The position numbers and the translations under genes are program-made. DNA of 64,000 nt from the NCBI GenBank assembly GCA_025558095.1, contig JAIVFI010000006.1, positions 372,001-436,000 of the forward strand, written 5' to 3'. This document shows positions 1 through 16,300 of this stretch, piece after piece. Under the pieces are notes generated by a model. That model had not been told where the DNA came from and did not search any database. It was given only the letters and a program-made list of their open reading frames with translations. Position 1 is the first letter of the stretch; each line of letters begins with the position of its first letter. The stretch is from Hyaloraphidium curvatum SAG 235-1. Taxonomy: Eukaryota > Fungi > Monoblepharomycota.

Positions 1-1923
1 CGAATTCTTTCGCAGACGGTGGGCCTGTTGGGTAGAGCCGGTGCGGCGGAGGCATGGTCGTCCATGGCTGAGAGAGCCCTGGGATCTTGCCACGATGAGC
101 TTGGGGCCCTGCTGCAATGTGTGCAGGAAGGTAGCGTTCAAGCGCCCGGTAGCTTGGTGTTTCCTGACTGAAGGTTCGCCAGAGCAAGCCCACGCCGTTT
201 ACACAGGCGAGCTGCTGTTGCCTCGCCTTGACGACGGATCCGATGAGGAGCTTTTTGCCCTTTTGGAACGTCGTCTTGCGCGAGTTTCATGTTTTTTGCT
301 CCTTCTCTCGAATCTCTATGAACTCGAGCTCGACGTCCATGTGCGGACTCCGGCCGAACGAACTCTGGCACTCCTCTCGAGGATTTTCGCCGTGTCGCCA
401 GCAACTGCACCAAAGTCGGCAGGCTACAAGCTGGAAGCTACAGTGCTTATTGGGTCACTGCCGCGACTCTATCCTTTGTGCACGGAGCTCATGATTGCGA
501 TGTGTTCACGGTGCGCGAGCAGTTCCCTTCCATCCTCGGTTCCGGTCTGATATCGCCATCGCTCGCTCAGAATTCGCGATCTGGTGCTGCAATGTTCATC
601 GGTAACTCGCAATCTCATTCGGCGAATCATTGGGTTTTCCGATGAGAAACCGTGCGTACTTATAAGGCTTTGCATGCGGTCCATTTCTAAAGCACTTTCC
701 AAACTCCAGCCTCCTTCGCCATGCTGCGTACACGTTGGTGGAGAAGGTGGCGATGGAGGCGGGCGTGGGTTGCCTTTACGTCGTCGTCGACACCATATTG
801 GAGTCAGTTCTTGGGGATCTTGGACTTATTGCAAACAGCGTTGCGGCCCTTCAGCGCGACACAGAGGCCCGCTTGTCAGCAACGGATGTCGGTGGGAAAC
901 GATCAGCGGACAAGGGGTCAGCGACTTTAGCCGCAGGTCGACCAAGGTTGTGTCAGCGCTCGGTGAAGACTGGAGTGCTAGCTGCGCGTGCAGCAGCCGC
1001 CTTGGTCGCGTGCATGGGCACGGCGCTCGATAGCGAGCTGCGCGCTGAACTGGATTCGCTGGTGACCTCTATGCTATTTCAAGCTACCGATCAGCTTCCG
1101 TCCGAGCTTGCTGTGGAGCTTTTACGCTACTGTTCCATTTCATGCTGCTGCAGTGGTGCTGCGCTTCCGAGCCATCTCACGTCTGCGGCGCAGCTTACTC
1201 TGTCGGGATCGCATAGCGCAATACCCGAGGTGCGTCTCTCTTTTGCAAGGGTTCGAAATTCGCAACCCACATACCATTCAGATACGAGCGACGTCGAATG
1301 ACATCGTGTTGCGGCTCGATCCGCTGTTCCGGCCCAGATTACCACCGCTGCAGCGCGTCGAAGAGGCCAATGCGTACGGCGTGGCCCCTACTCCCGCTGT
1401 CACTTCGCAGTCGTTGCAGGCAACAGAGGCGTTCGGTCTCCCGTCTTCGCTGAACGCAGTCGCCTTAGCGACCGCGGATCCAGAGACCAGCCTCGGGACA
1501 CCGGCGCAACCGCGGGGGGGAAAAGGACCGGATCCCGATCGAACCGAAGTCGGCGGGCAGCCGTTGCCGCCGTTCGACGCTGGAGAGCAGCTCGCAGGGA
1601 CGAGGGACGGTCGTTCCAGCGCCATTGCTCGGGCAAACGGTCCGCAGACAAACAGAGGCACTACGGGGTTCGCCGAGGCGTCGAGCATAGAGCTGGATGT
1701 CGCTCGTCCCGCTTTTTCGACTCAAACGCCCCTGGTTGCCACGGAGCTCACGAAGCCCGAACCAGTCAAGCCAGCCTCCGGAGCAGCGGCCAGTCACCGA
1801 GAGCGAGCCGGCATTTCCTTTGCGGACGATGACTCGGATTCGGACGTGATTCCGGACATTGTGTTGCACGGATCGGGCGATGATTCGGACGAAGGCGAAG
1901 ACCGGGATGAGATGGCGGACTAG
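1..1923 (+). CDS. RIX1: Rix1/PELP1-like pre-rRNA processing protein (5' end outside window, spliced)
   Basis: Helical-repeat-like ORFs 41-550 and 735-1301, an 'RPRLPPLQ' motif, and an acidic C-terminus 'DDDSDSDVIPDIVLHGSGDDSD' typical of Rix1. Confidence 0.6.
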
Positions 1924-1989
1924 CTCAATTGAAAATCCGTGTTCGGATACCTCAAGCTCCCATGCACAAGACTTTCGCGTCGATCCGCA

Positions 1990-4900
1990 TCAATCTTCGC
2001 CCGTCGACTGGTCGCTGTCCTCATCCGAGGAATCTTGGGCATCATCGCTGTCTTCCTCTACATCCGAGTCCGATGCGACCGGTTTGGATTTACGAGCGCG
2101 TGAAGGGCGCGATCGAACAGCTGTTGGTTGCGAGTTAAGAGCGCATCCAAGGCATTCGAATGGCTGTGACCTACCCTTCGGGCGGGGCTCCTCGTCTGCC
2201 GACTCCGCTGCTGCGGCCTTTGATTTCCGGGGGCGGCCCTTCGGCTGCACCGGGGCCTCGTCGTCGCCCTCGATCTCGAGTCCGTACAGGTTCTGGATCT
2301 CGGAACGGAACTCTGTGATGTCTTTCATGTCCGCTTCGCTCAAGATGGGTTCATCGCTGTCCAGTTTGAGGAGTGCGGCGGACAACCTTCGAACACGCGG
2401 GTGATGAGATTTGGTCCATGTTCCACACTACGCCAGCTTACTTCTTGAGCGCGTTCAAAGCCGTGGTGTCGTTCGTGAGCTGCTTGAGCCGCTCCACAGC
2501 GGCCAACAGCTTCTTCAACGTCTTGAGCGAGCCGGCCGTCTCCAGGTCCATCTTGGCCAGGACTTGGCACGTCACTTTCCGGATGGAAGCGGATCTCGTA
2601 GAAAGCAGCTTGTGCACAAGTTCAAGAGCGACCTCCAAGTGCAAGTTGGGCTGGACGTCCTCAGCACCAGGTTGGAGCTTGCGAACGTCGATCCAATCCA
2701 GGAGCTGCTGACCAATCAGCAATGGCGAAGTCATCGTCCCTTGGCTCTGCTTGTCTAGCCTCTTGTAGATGGAAAGGAGCTCCATCCACAATGTAGTAAC
2801 GATCTGCGGAGGCCATTTAGCGCAGCGGCGGAAGCTAGCAATGCGATGCCCACTTTGGCGAGGCTGCTTTTGGCTCGGGGCGAAGATTGCGGATAGATCT
2901 CGAAGAAAGCGCTAAGGCATTGCCGAAGCTTCGCATTGTTTGCCGTTGCGGGATGGAAGAACAAGCTTGCGAGAAAGTGAAGTGTCTGGGGACGGAGGTT
3001 GGCCAAGGCGCGTCAATTCGGTCTTCGTGCAACCGACCCTTTCGTCGTTAATCTGCCCGGCGAGTATGAGCTTGGCGACTCCGTGGACGGCGGTCGTGTG
3101 AACGGCCTCGGAAGACGCCCCCTCGACGGCCGAAAGCAAAGGTTTCAAAGCATCCCCTGCGACGCCCCTGCCCATGCCCGAAGCGCCGTGGAGTGCAATG
3201 AGGTCGCACATTGTCCTCAGGCAAAGAGTTCGAACGTCCGAATCCTCCGAGCTGCCGAAAGTCTCACGGAACATCGGCATGTACTCGACGGCAAGACCCT
3301 GCGGAACGGTCAGCCATCGCAAGAACGTCAAGACGACGTGACGTCGTCGCACCTGGTCCAGCAGGCAGAACAGAGCCAAGCAGTGGAGGCTCCGATACTG
3401 GATCGATAGTATGGACTCATCGCCGATCCTTGTCGCGGGTATCACAAGCTCATTGAGCAGGCCCACGAGCGATGGCAACGAGCTCAGGTCGCCGTCCAGC
3501 TTCTCCAATACGCAACGGATGATTTCAAGGCCACGATTGATGGCTTCCATCTTCAGTATGTACCGTTCTGCGTCGCCCATATCGCCATCTTCGGCGGCAT
3601 CTTGCGAAGCACTGGGCGGTTCGCTGTCCGAAATGAGATCGGTAATGGTCTCCACAACAATCCGCGCGAAGTCTCGTTCGTCGAATGCCGTCTTGCGCAT
3701 GACTTCCACGACGGTCGGCAGGTGCATCTCATCCAGGAGGTTGGAACCGAGCATTGTACCTGCAGCATATTCTGAGTGACAGTCACCACGAACGGGGGCC
3801 AGGGAACCCTACGCAATGCCGCAAACATGTTCCGGCGGCCGACTTCGTCGGAGTAATCCAAGAGCAGAGCAATTCTCAGAAGCTGCGTCAGAACGAAGTC
3901 GTATCCGACTTTGGAAAGCTCGATGTCGTCCTCCGTCATTGCCGTTGACGAATCACCGGTCCCCACCGAGAGCTGGAAGTACTTTTCGATGCGCGAAACG
4001 TGCGCCGATACCTCGGGGATCAGCTCGTCGATGGCGTCCTGCTTCCCACCCGCCGCCTGCTGCTCGCAGTAGACGGCGAGAATGAGTGCCACCTCGGGCA
4101 ACAGATCATCCCAAATCGACTCTGAGAAGTGACAGCGTCAGCCGAACTTCAGCGGGCCAGGGGAACCGGACAGACCGTCGTTTGGCGGCGTGAAGTTCGG
4201 GCTCGACCTGAGGAAGGCCTTGATTGCGTGCTCGGCCACCGAGGGATTCGAGACGACGTCGAACTGCGCGAGGAAGCTAACGAGGTTGTTGCCACTCTGC
4301 TTGATCCAGCGTTCGGACAAGAGCTTGCCGCAAGCCTTTTGCACCGCCGCTTCTCTGCGAAAAGTGTCATCCCTGGTTGAAGCATGAAAGGGTGCCGTTG
4401 CCACGCACCGGTCCATCAAGCCCTGCACCAGCACCCTCTCCCTTTCATCCAGCGAAAGGTGATCCATCGTGATCTCGTCCCCGAACAGGACTTTGCTGTA
4501 GAACGACTTCCTCACGTTGACGTCGATGTCCCTGGCCCGCTCCATGAGGTATGGCCGCGAAGAATTGGTCGCTCCAAGGTTCTCCATGACCACTCGACGG
4601 ACCTCACTATGGGCCGCGGTGTTCAAAACGTCCCTAATCCCTGACCAGCAACGCCCGACTTACGCAGACGGGTCGTGCTGCATCATCTCCAGGAGGACCT
4701 CTTCGACCGGCCGCCCCTCTTCGTCTTCGAGGCCCTCCGAAGTCTGCAGGCCGGATATGGCCTTGACGGCCTGAACCCGCACCGCCGGATCCTTCTCCCT
4801 GAGCCTTTGGAAAAGCTGGAGCTTCAGCTTGTTGTAGAGATCCAAGCTGGCGGAAGCGAGGTCAACCAGTGACCGCGGCGTGGTCAGGGACGGCCCACTC

Positions 4901-5458
4901 AATGTCCTGGATAGCACCGATGCTCTCCGCGATCAGCTGGCAGACCCTCATGCGGACATTTTTGTCCTTCGCCTTCAATCCCCGCATTAGGTGCGTGAGT
5001 AGGCGGTGGACGAATCGCGAGGTGAGGCTCTCTCCGTCGTCCGAGTCCCCGTCCTTCTTGTCCGCCGAATCTGCCGTGTCCCAATGAGCACGCGGCCGAG
5101 CGACGCGTTGAAAGCATCTTGCCTCCATCTTTCTCGGCAGCAAACTTGACGTACTGGGCCACGAAGCGAATGACCCGGTCGGCCACGCCCGCGCCCTTCT
5201 TTATGGGAAGAGCGAGGTTCAAGTTCCGCAGAAACTCCTCGTTGAAAGCGCGTTCGCCCGCAGTATCCTTCGACAGCCGCTGCTGGTACTTCCACAGAGC
5301 GGCGGCGTTCTTCCGGTGTTTGGAGATGCTCGTTTGGCAGTCCTTCGGAGCGGGAGCCACTCAGGTCGGCAGCCGTCCGCGCCGGGCACCGCCCGCGCCG
5401 AAACGGCAGCGCGTACCTGGAAGATCTGCCGGACAGCCTCCGTCGTCCGCACGTCCAT
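1990..5458 (-). CDS. YCG1: Condensin subunit CAP-G (Ycg1/Cnd3), multi-exon
   Basis: Motifs 'LMRGLKAKDKNVRMRVCQLI', 'RLREKDPAVRVQAV', 'ERARDIDVNVR', 'LDYSDEVGRR' and 'LRQCLSAFF'; ATG at 5458 (MDVRTTEAVRQIFQ). Confidence 0.9.
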
Positions 5459-5591
5459 ATTAGGGCCGTGGGAGCGAGCGAATTTGGGGAAATCAAGTCC
5501 GGACTGCCTATCGGCTGACTCAACCACCCACTGGTCGGTCACAAAGAGTGTATTGAAGTAACGATATCAAAATCCATCATCTGAAAAAGCT

Positions 5592-7579
5592 TCAATTTCC
5601 GCCCAATGCCGCGTTCGGGTTCCGGGTCAACAGGGCCTGCAATGCGGCAGGTGTAGCCGCCAACTGGTTGCTCTGCTGCAACAGCACCTGCTGTATCGCA
5701 ATAGGCTGCTGGGTCCTCATGTAGCTTTGGGGAACGATCGAATCTCGCCCGGGCGTGGCCGCCACCACGCCCCGCAGGTTCGATTGCGAGCCACCGCCGG
5801 AACCGACGGAAAGCTGGCCTGCCGAAAGCTCCTGCTGCACCTGCGCTTGCGGACGGGCTTGCAGAAACAGCTGCGAAGCGGAGTGGCATCAGAAAGAAAC
5901 CGCGCAAAGCAGGTGCACCACCGCAGACCTGTGACGCAACGTTCTGGGTTTGCTGCTGAGCTCCCGCGCCAAGCTGGTGGAGCGTACTGGCAATGTTCGC
6001 CTGCGACGGTGATTCAGTCCCCAACGGCGTGGCGAATGCTGCATATGCCGCTGGCGCGGATGCGATTGCAGCCGCGGAACCCTTGTCGCCGAACGAGGGC
6101 GCCGCAAAGTCAGTCATGACCTGACCCCTCTCGATCAGGAACGGCGCCATGTTCTTGAGGAACATCTGCGCCGCCTCCTTGTTGCCGAGCCCAAACCTGC
6201 GGGACGCGTCAGCCTGTCCGCCGAGCGTCTATGGTCCAACACTCACTGCAACGTGCCGCCATTGATGGCAGTATCCGGCACCGTCCCCCATCGGAGAACC
6301 GCCGAGTAAGGTCCGCCTTGCTGCCTTTCGTAGATGTTGAGGATGGTGTAAAGCCTGACGTCGTTGCCGGCTTCGTCCTTGCCGTGCTTGCGCTCGAATC
6401 GAATCGACCGGACGTTTCGAAGGTTGTTCGCGACGAGGAGCGGCGGGCCGGTCCGCTGCTTCTTCTTGCTGTCCACCGCGGCTCCGTAAGCAAGCGGTTC
6501 CCGGTCCGCCTCGGCCTTCTGCCTCCGCCACTCCTCAACAAAGGCAAGCTTGCGGAAACTGCGAGAAGTGTCAAGCCAATAGAGCGCTCACGATCGTGGG
6601 AGAACTTACGAGGGGTAGAACTCTGGCTTGTGCTGAATGGGAACGCTTAACCGGCCGCTCGGAATTCCGTGAACCGCGACCCACGTTGTCCATCACCGTC
6701 ATCATCTGCAGGTTCTCCCTCTTGCTCGTCTCCGCTTCTTCCTTCTCGTCCCAATCCCGTGGCCGCTTGCGAGTCGCAATAGAGTCCTTGCGGCGGTTGA
6801 AGTTGATCAGGTTGGCGATCCGTACGACGTCAGTGGTAGGCTCCAGGCATATCGGCGGCTGCGTCGCGAGCTAGATACCAAGGTCAGAGCCAGAAAGGTA
6901 CGCAGCGGTGGGCGGACACACGAGAATAGCTCGCTCTACTTCCAAAGCCTTGTCCTCGGACCAGTCCGTGTGATTCGCCTGTTCGTTCAGCAGGCACACA
7001 TCCGCCCAGAGGGTGTTGGTCGTTGGCCGGAGGTAGGCGCGAGTAACCCGGTGCGGACTCGGGTCGCCGAGCGCACCCTGGCCCAGTGGTCTAGGCGCCA
7101 TGAGAGAGCCCATTGTGCTCGTCCGGTAGTCGTAGATGTCGACGACCACGCTCCCTGGAATCGCAGCCGGGTGAGCGAGCAAGCGTGGATTTCTCGAGCC
7201 AGGTATCCCGACCCTCATGAAAGCGGCAACCGAGACTGTCAAAGAGATCAACAAACTCCGCTGGCAGCCGCTCGTCGCAAATGGCCTCCAGCAGCGCCCG
7301 TAATGGCCCGTTGTACTGGTGCGTCCCCGACTGCGGGCCCGGGAATGTCAAGGCGATAGACATTCGGGGCCAAACGACTCCAACCTCGGAGCCCAGGGTG
7401 AAATGATTAGGATAAAGGCGGACTATAAACGAGGGAGGACTGCTCGCTTCCGCCGTGGCAGCGCCTTGTCCCAAGTCCTCGGACTCGGGCGCCAGGTGCT
7501 CTAGCAGGGCCGTCCCTGGCACCGGGCCATCTCCACCAGCTACGATCTTTTGAAGCGCTGCCTGGATGGCCCCCGCCAT
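5592..7579 (-). CDS. SPT20: SAGA complex subunit Spt20, multi-exon
   Basis: 'IVRLYPNHF', 'LPAEFVDLFD..GCRFHEG', 'VVDIYDYR', 'LRPTTNTLWADV' and 'ALEVERAILLATQPPICLEP' match the Spt20 domain; Gln-rich tail. Confidence 0.8.
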
Positions 7580-7674
7580 GGTCGACCGTTGATGCTCGGG
7601 TCGAGTTGAGAGCGCAACCCGGCGCACAGAGCCAGTCAATCAACCAAACACTCTCCCCGGGCGCATCCCCGCCA

Positions 7675-9402
7675 ATGAGTGAGAAGAAGGGAAAGCACAA
7701 GGGCGGGGACTCGAAGGGGAAGACCGACGATGGCGCAGACTACGTCATAAAGCCCGAACAGTCGACGCCGGCGTTGGACACTTCGAAATGGCCGCTGCTG
7801 CTCAAGGTGGGCCGCGTCGGTCTGCATCGCGCGCCTGCGTCGCCGACGTCCTCGGGGATTAGAACTACGACAAGCTCAATGTGCGGACCGGTCACTACAC
7901 GCCGATTCCGAGCGGCTCGTCGCCGCTAAAGCGCGAGCTGTCGGAATACATTCGGTGCGCCCTCGCGCTCGCGGGCCTTCCTCCAGCGCTGATGCCGGAC
8001 TCGATTAGGTACGGCGTCATCAATCTGGACAAGCCGGCCAATCCCTCGTCGCACGAGGTCGTTGCCTGGATCCGTCGCATCCTCCGGGTGGAAAAGACCG
8101 GGCACAGCGGCACGCTCGACCCCAAAGTCACCGGGTGCCTCATCGTCTGCATCGACCGCGCGACGCGGTTGGTCAAGTCGCAGCAGGGAGCGGGCAAGGA
8201 GTACGTGTGCGTCCTCCGACTTCACGACAAGATTGCTTCTGAGAAGAAGCTGCAGTCGGTGGGTCGATTTCCGCGGCTTCTGGGCTGCCTGCTCACCGGG
8301 CGTTCCCATCTTCAGGTCATTGAAACGTTGACCGGAGCTCTCTTCCAACGGCCTCCTTTGATCGCTGCCGTGAAGCGCCAGTTGCGCATCCGGACGATCT
8401 ACCAGTGCAAGCTCATCGAGTTCGACAACGACCGACATTTGGCCGTGTTCTGGGTCAGCTGCGAGGCCGGAACGTACATTCGTACTCTTTGCGTCCACAT
8501 GGGGTTGCTGCTGGGCGTCGGCGCTCACATGCAGGAGCTTCGCCGGGTTCGGTCGGGGGCAAACGGAGAGCAGGACGATATGGTCACGATGCACGACGTC
8601 TTGGACGCGCAATGGCTTTATGACAACACGCGGGACGGTGGGTTTTTCGGGTTTTCCATTTTCGAGTCTTGATCGTGCTGTTTTCAGAGTCCTACCTGCG
8701 GCGTGTCATACGGCCTCTGGAATCCTTGCTCACCACATACAAGCGGATCGTCGTAAAGGACAGCGCAGTCAATGCCATCTGCTACGGAGCGAAGCTCATG
8801 ATCCCGGGCTTGCTGCGGTTCGAGCAGGGCATCGAGGTGAACGAGGAGGTCGTCCTCATGACCACGAAAGGCGAGGCCATCGCCCTTGGCATCGCCCAAA
8901 TGAACACGGCGGTCATGGCGACGTGCGAACACGGTGTTGTTGCCAAGATCAAGCGGGTGATCATGGAGCGCGACACCTACCCCCGGAGATGGGGCCTGGG
9001 ACCGAAAGCGCAGGAAAAGAAGGTACGGTATGCCTAGCCCATATCGCGAACGGAGCTTGATTTGCTGGTCGCCGTCAGAAAATGATCAAGGACGGCAAGC
9101 TGGACAAGTACGGGCGGGCAACTGGCGACACGCCCGACGATTGGAAGCAGAGCTACGTGGACTACGCCAACTCTGCGGGGCAGCCGCCGTCAGCGCCTAC
9201 TCCGAAAGCCGATCTGAAAGCGGGCAAGGAATCCAAGCCCGCCGCCGAAGGCACGGAGAAGAAGCGGAAATCCGAAGCTGCCCCGGATGATGAGGCGGAG
9301 CGCAAGCGCCGGAAAGAGGAGAAGCGAGCCGCTAAGGAGGCCAAGAAGGCGGCCAAGAAGGCCAAAACCGCTGCAGAAGAGGATGACGAGGACGACGAAT
9401 GA
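7675..9402 (+). CDS. CBF5: H/ACA snoRNP pseudouridine synthase (dyskerin)
   Basis: '[11 protein letters not shown]', '[19 protein letters not shown]', '[12 protein letters not shown]', PUA domain '[11 protein letters not shown]' and a Lys-rich tail. Confidence 0.97.
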
Positions 9403-9457
9403 AGGATGCATGTGGTGACAACTGAGTCTAGAAAACGTCAACGAAGCATCATTGAAG

Positions 9458-12754
<3,297 letters not shown>

Positions 12755-12879
12755 AATGAGATGGTGTACGTCGCATCTTGGTGTGGCGACGAGGAAGTGC
12801 CAGTAAAGCTGACAAGCCGGTCGCGACACGCGGAGGTGAACGCGGCAGCCGCTGTTCAACTGAATCGAGGCCCTTGCCG

Positions 12880-13236
12880 CTATGCATTGTTCTTTTTGGA
12901 GCTTTCAAAGCTCTTGCTTTGCTCCATCAAGTATTGAGCGAGCCACTCCAGAGGTTTCGCGGGCCTGCGGAGGACGGTAGACGGAGAGCGTCAGAGCGAG
13001 TACGGCGAACCCCATCGCGACGCACCGCTCATGAACCAGATTTTTCAGTCCGTCCAGAAGCGTCGGTACGACCGTCTGGTCCAGGTACTGGCGGGGGGGA
13101 AGGTTCTGGAGGTCTGGCTCCGTCGAGATGCTCATAGCGGAAAGAGGGCCCGGATCCTGCGGGCGGACCACATGGACGCGTCTGTTAGCTCCTCAACGAT
13201 GCATGAGACACGATAAAAGCGCACTTGCGAAGCCAT
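12880..13236 (-). CDS. DPY30: Dpy-30/Sdc1 COMPASS subunit (3 exons)
   Basis: 'LPPRQYLDQTVVPTLLDGL..LVHERPAKPLEWLAQYL' Dpy-30 motif after splicing. Confidence 0.88.
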
Positions 13237-13371
13237 GGCGAAGAAGGTGAGGTCGGGACTGTCTCGGGTTGAACTCGTTTCGAACCATCATCATCAGAAG
13301 CGCCCCCCCGTCCTCTCGGTTGAACTCGTTTCGAGCTATCAAGAAACCATCTACTCACATCGGAACAATGT

Positions 13372-16300
13372 TCACTCTATAACCATAACCTCAAAGTCCG
13401 CCGATTCGACTCGCTCCTTGCCGCCCCAGCTGAAGCTGATGCCTGAGGTGACCGATCAGTCAGAATCTCACGCTTCCAAAGCAGGAGAACACCTACCCGG
13501 CGCCGTCTTGCTCGTGTTGCCGACGTGCATGCCGTTCCGGAAGTACTTGCGGGCCACGATCATCGTGCTGCCCGTAGCGTCGCGAAGCCCGCCGCTGACC
13601 ATGCCGACACAATGGCGCAACTCAGCCGTCGACGAGACCCGAATCCAGCGGATGCGCTTCATCGCCTGCTGGTCGGAAGCGACGAGGACCTGTAGAGACG
13701 TATGAGAGCCCGGCTTTCGCGGCCATCCGGTCTGCACGAACCTCGTACTCCTTGGAGACGCGTTCGTCTCCGTTGGCACCAAAGTTGGTGCCGCCGAGCT
13801 GCAGGGATGCTTTGCCGGCGTAGATTCCTCCGCCGTAGTGCACACGGGCGACGTACAACGCCTGGAAGCTCTTCAGGCCGGCGCTCCCACCCTCAATGGC
13901 GAGTGCAGGAATCTGTCCGTTGGCGGCCGCGACCCATTTGAAGCCCAGCTCATTCAGTTTAGCCTCGTCAATGACGTCGGGGAGAGGCGGCCTGACAGGT
14001 TTCTCTCCCGTCGCATCGACTGCATGAGGTTCAGCCGGTGTGCCGATGGAAACCGGACATGCGCAACCAACCTTCGGTGTCCTCCTTCCCGGCAATGACG
14101 GGATCACACATGGTCGCGCCACTGACATTGTCAGGCCAACGCACAGGAAGGAACTTGAATGCCATCCGCAGACGTCCAGAGGAAGTGCTGCGAGCAAAAC
14201 ATTAACCAATGCGGCAACAGAACGAGATGGCAAGAGAAGGCACGCACTTGAACAGCTTGAACCAATCGTCGCCGGGTTTCTGTGCACAATGAAAGGTCAG
14301 CCGCTTCGAAGAACGCACGTTGTCTAGCAGAAACCCACCCTCGCGATGGCATCCGAGATCTTGATGGTGGCATCGCCGATCGTAGGATCGTCGCGGAAGT
14401 CGGCACCGTGCTTGACGATCGCCGTGATGGACGACTGGGAAATGTCGTGGTAGTAGACCTCGAAAGTCTGGGTGTAGGACGGGTTGATCGTGCTCTTCTT
14501 CTTGGGGGTCCGGAAGACCTCCTTCCCGCCGACTTGGAACGAGATGTAAGGCGTGAAATTGGCGATGCCACCAAAAGCAACGAGCTCGGCAGCCTGGTGG
14601 ATCGTGACGCGCACAATGCCCGACTCTGCGCAGCGCGGTCAGATTGTTGGCGCACCCGGGAAGCGATCGACGGTAATCACTCGTGTCCTTGTTCTTCTCG
14701 TCCAGCGCTTCGGCAACGGCCCAGCACATGTCAATCTGGAGGTCTCCACGGAGTGCGCGAACGTCGTCCCTCTTCGTCAGCGGCTGCCAACTGCATCGCC
14801 GAGGGACTCGATCAGGCCCGCTGCACGCTCCGGAGGCCTGTACAGCACTTACACTGGCGACAGAGAGTCCGGCGTGCCCCACGACGCAGCCATCTCCTTC
14901 TTGCGGTCTTCCGGAAGGCTGCCGGCCTTACCCGAACGAATGAACTCGGCGATACGCATCTTCTTGGTGATGCCGATGAACTCGTGGGCGGATTTGTCGT
15001 TCCAGTCCATGACTTCGAAGCGGATGTTGTCCGCGCCAGTTGAGATGCCCTCCGCCGACAGCACGCTGTTCGGAACAAGGGCGTAGGTGCTTTCGTTCCA
15101 CAGAGGGTTCGCGCTGGGAAATGAGATCAGCATCGAACCGGAAAAGATCATGCGCTCGAGCGCCTACTTGTCCTTGATGATGCGGGTCTGGCCTAGGACC
15201 TTTTCCGCACCGGTGACGCCCATGAGGATCTTGCAGTACGGGTCCGAGGCACCGGAGAACATGTCGACGTTGGGCAGGTTGCGGGCGCTGATGATGGTCA
15301 TTCGGAGCACCCCCGCAGCCCATTCTGCAGCGTCCGTGGGAGGAGCGGCAAGCCCGGTCAGGTCCACCTTGTAGCCGGGGTACTTGAGCATCGACTCCAA
15401 TGTGCCCTTGATGGCATTTTGGATGGCGCCGGAAAGAAGAGGGACCTGAATGCAGCAGCATGGTGGTCAGCGACACGCAAAGCGCCCGACAAGCCACCCA
15501 CATCGAGGACGTTGACCGACTTCAGGGGCTGGAGCTCAAAGTCGATCGCCGGGGGCCCGTACTCGTCGGGGAACCAGGCGTTGACGGTCTGGATGTAAGG
15601 GACCTGCGGTCCGAACTTGAACCTGACGATGAACTGGCCCTCGAGGGCCACGTTCTTGAGCTCCACCGGCACGCCGACCTTGGCGGCACCGGCGCCGACG
15701 TAGGCCATGAGCACGATCTTGCTGTTCTGCATGTCCTTGCTGAAGCCGCCCCCGTCTTGCTCTGCCTGGGTCTTGATAGCGGAACGGATCCGCTCCTGCC
15801 GGACGCGTTCGGCGATGAGGTCCTCCTGCGTCAAGGGGGTCCACTCGACGTGGAACATGACTTGCTGTTGGCGCGATCTTCGCGTTAGATGGGCCTGCAG
15901 AGCGCGACCCAAGATCCCTACCGCCCGGTCGTCGCCGCTGACGCGCGGGAAGCTCTTGACGGCCTTGATGACCGGAGGCTGGCTGCCGAGAGTGAACTCG
16001 GACAGGACCAGGGAGCTGATGAACGAGGGCTTGAACGCCTCGAGCTGAGTGTTGACGGCTTGAATCGCCTGGCATGGTGGTGGTGTCAGCGTGGTGCTCG
16101 AAGGACCAGCGCGCGCAGCCCACCGTCTTGCTAATGTCGGGCTCCAATTGATACCAGAACTTCTGGAAGAAGTAGTTGAACCAGTCCATGCTCTCCCAAT
16201 CCGTCTCGAGCTGCGATCGAGGCGTCAGCAGCCGAGCTCCGCAACCCATGCAGGCGCTGCTCCGCTCACCCGGGAGTGGAGGACCTCATACCGAGCCAGC

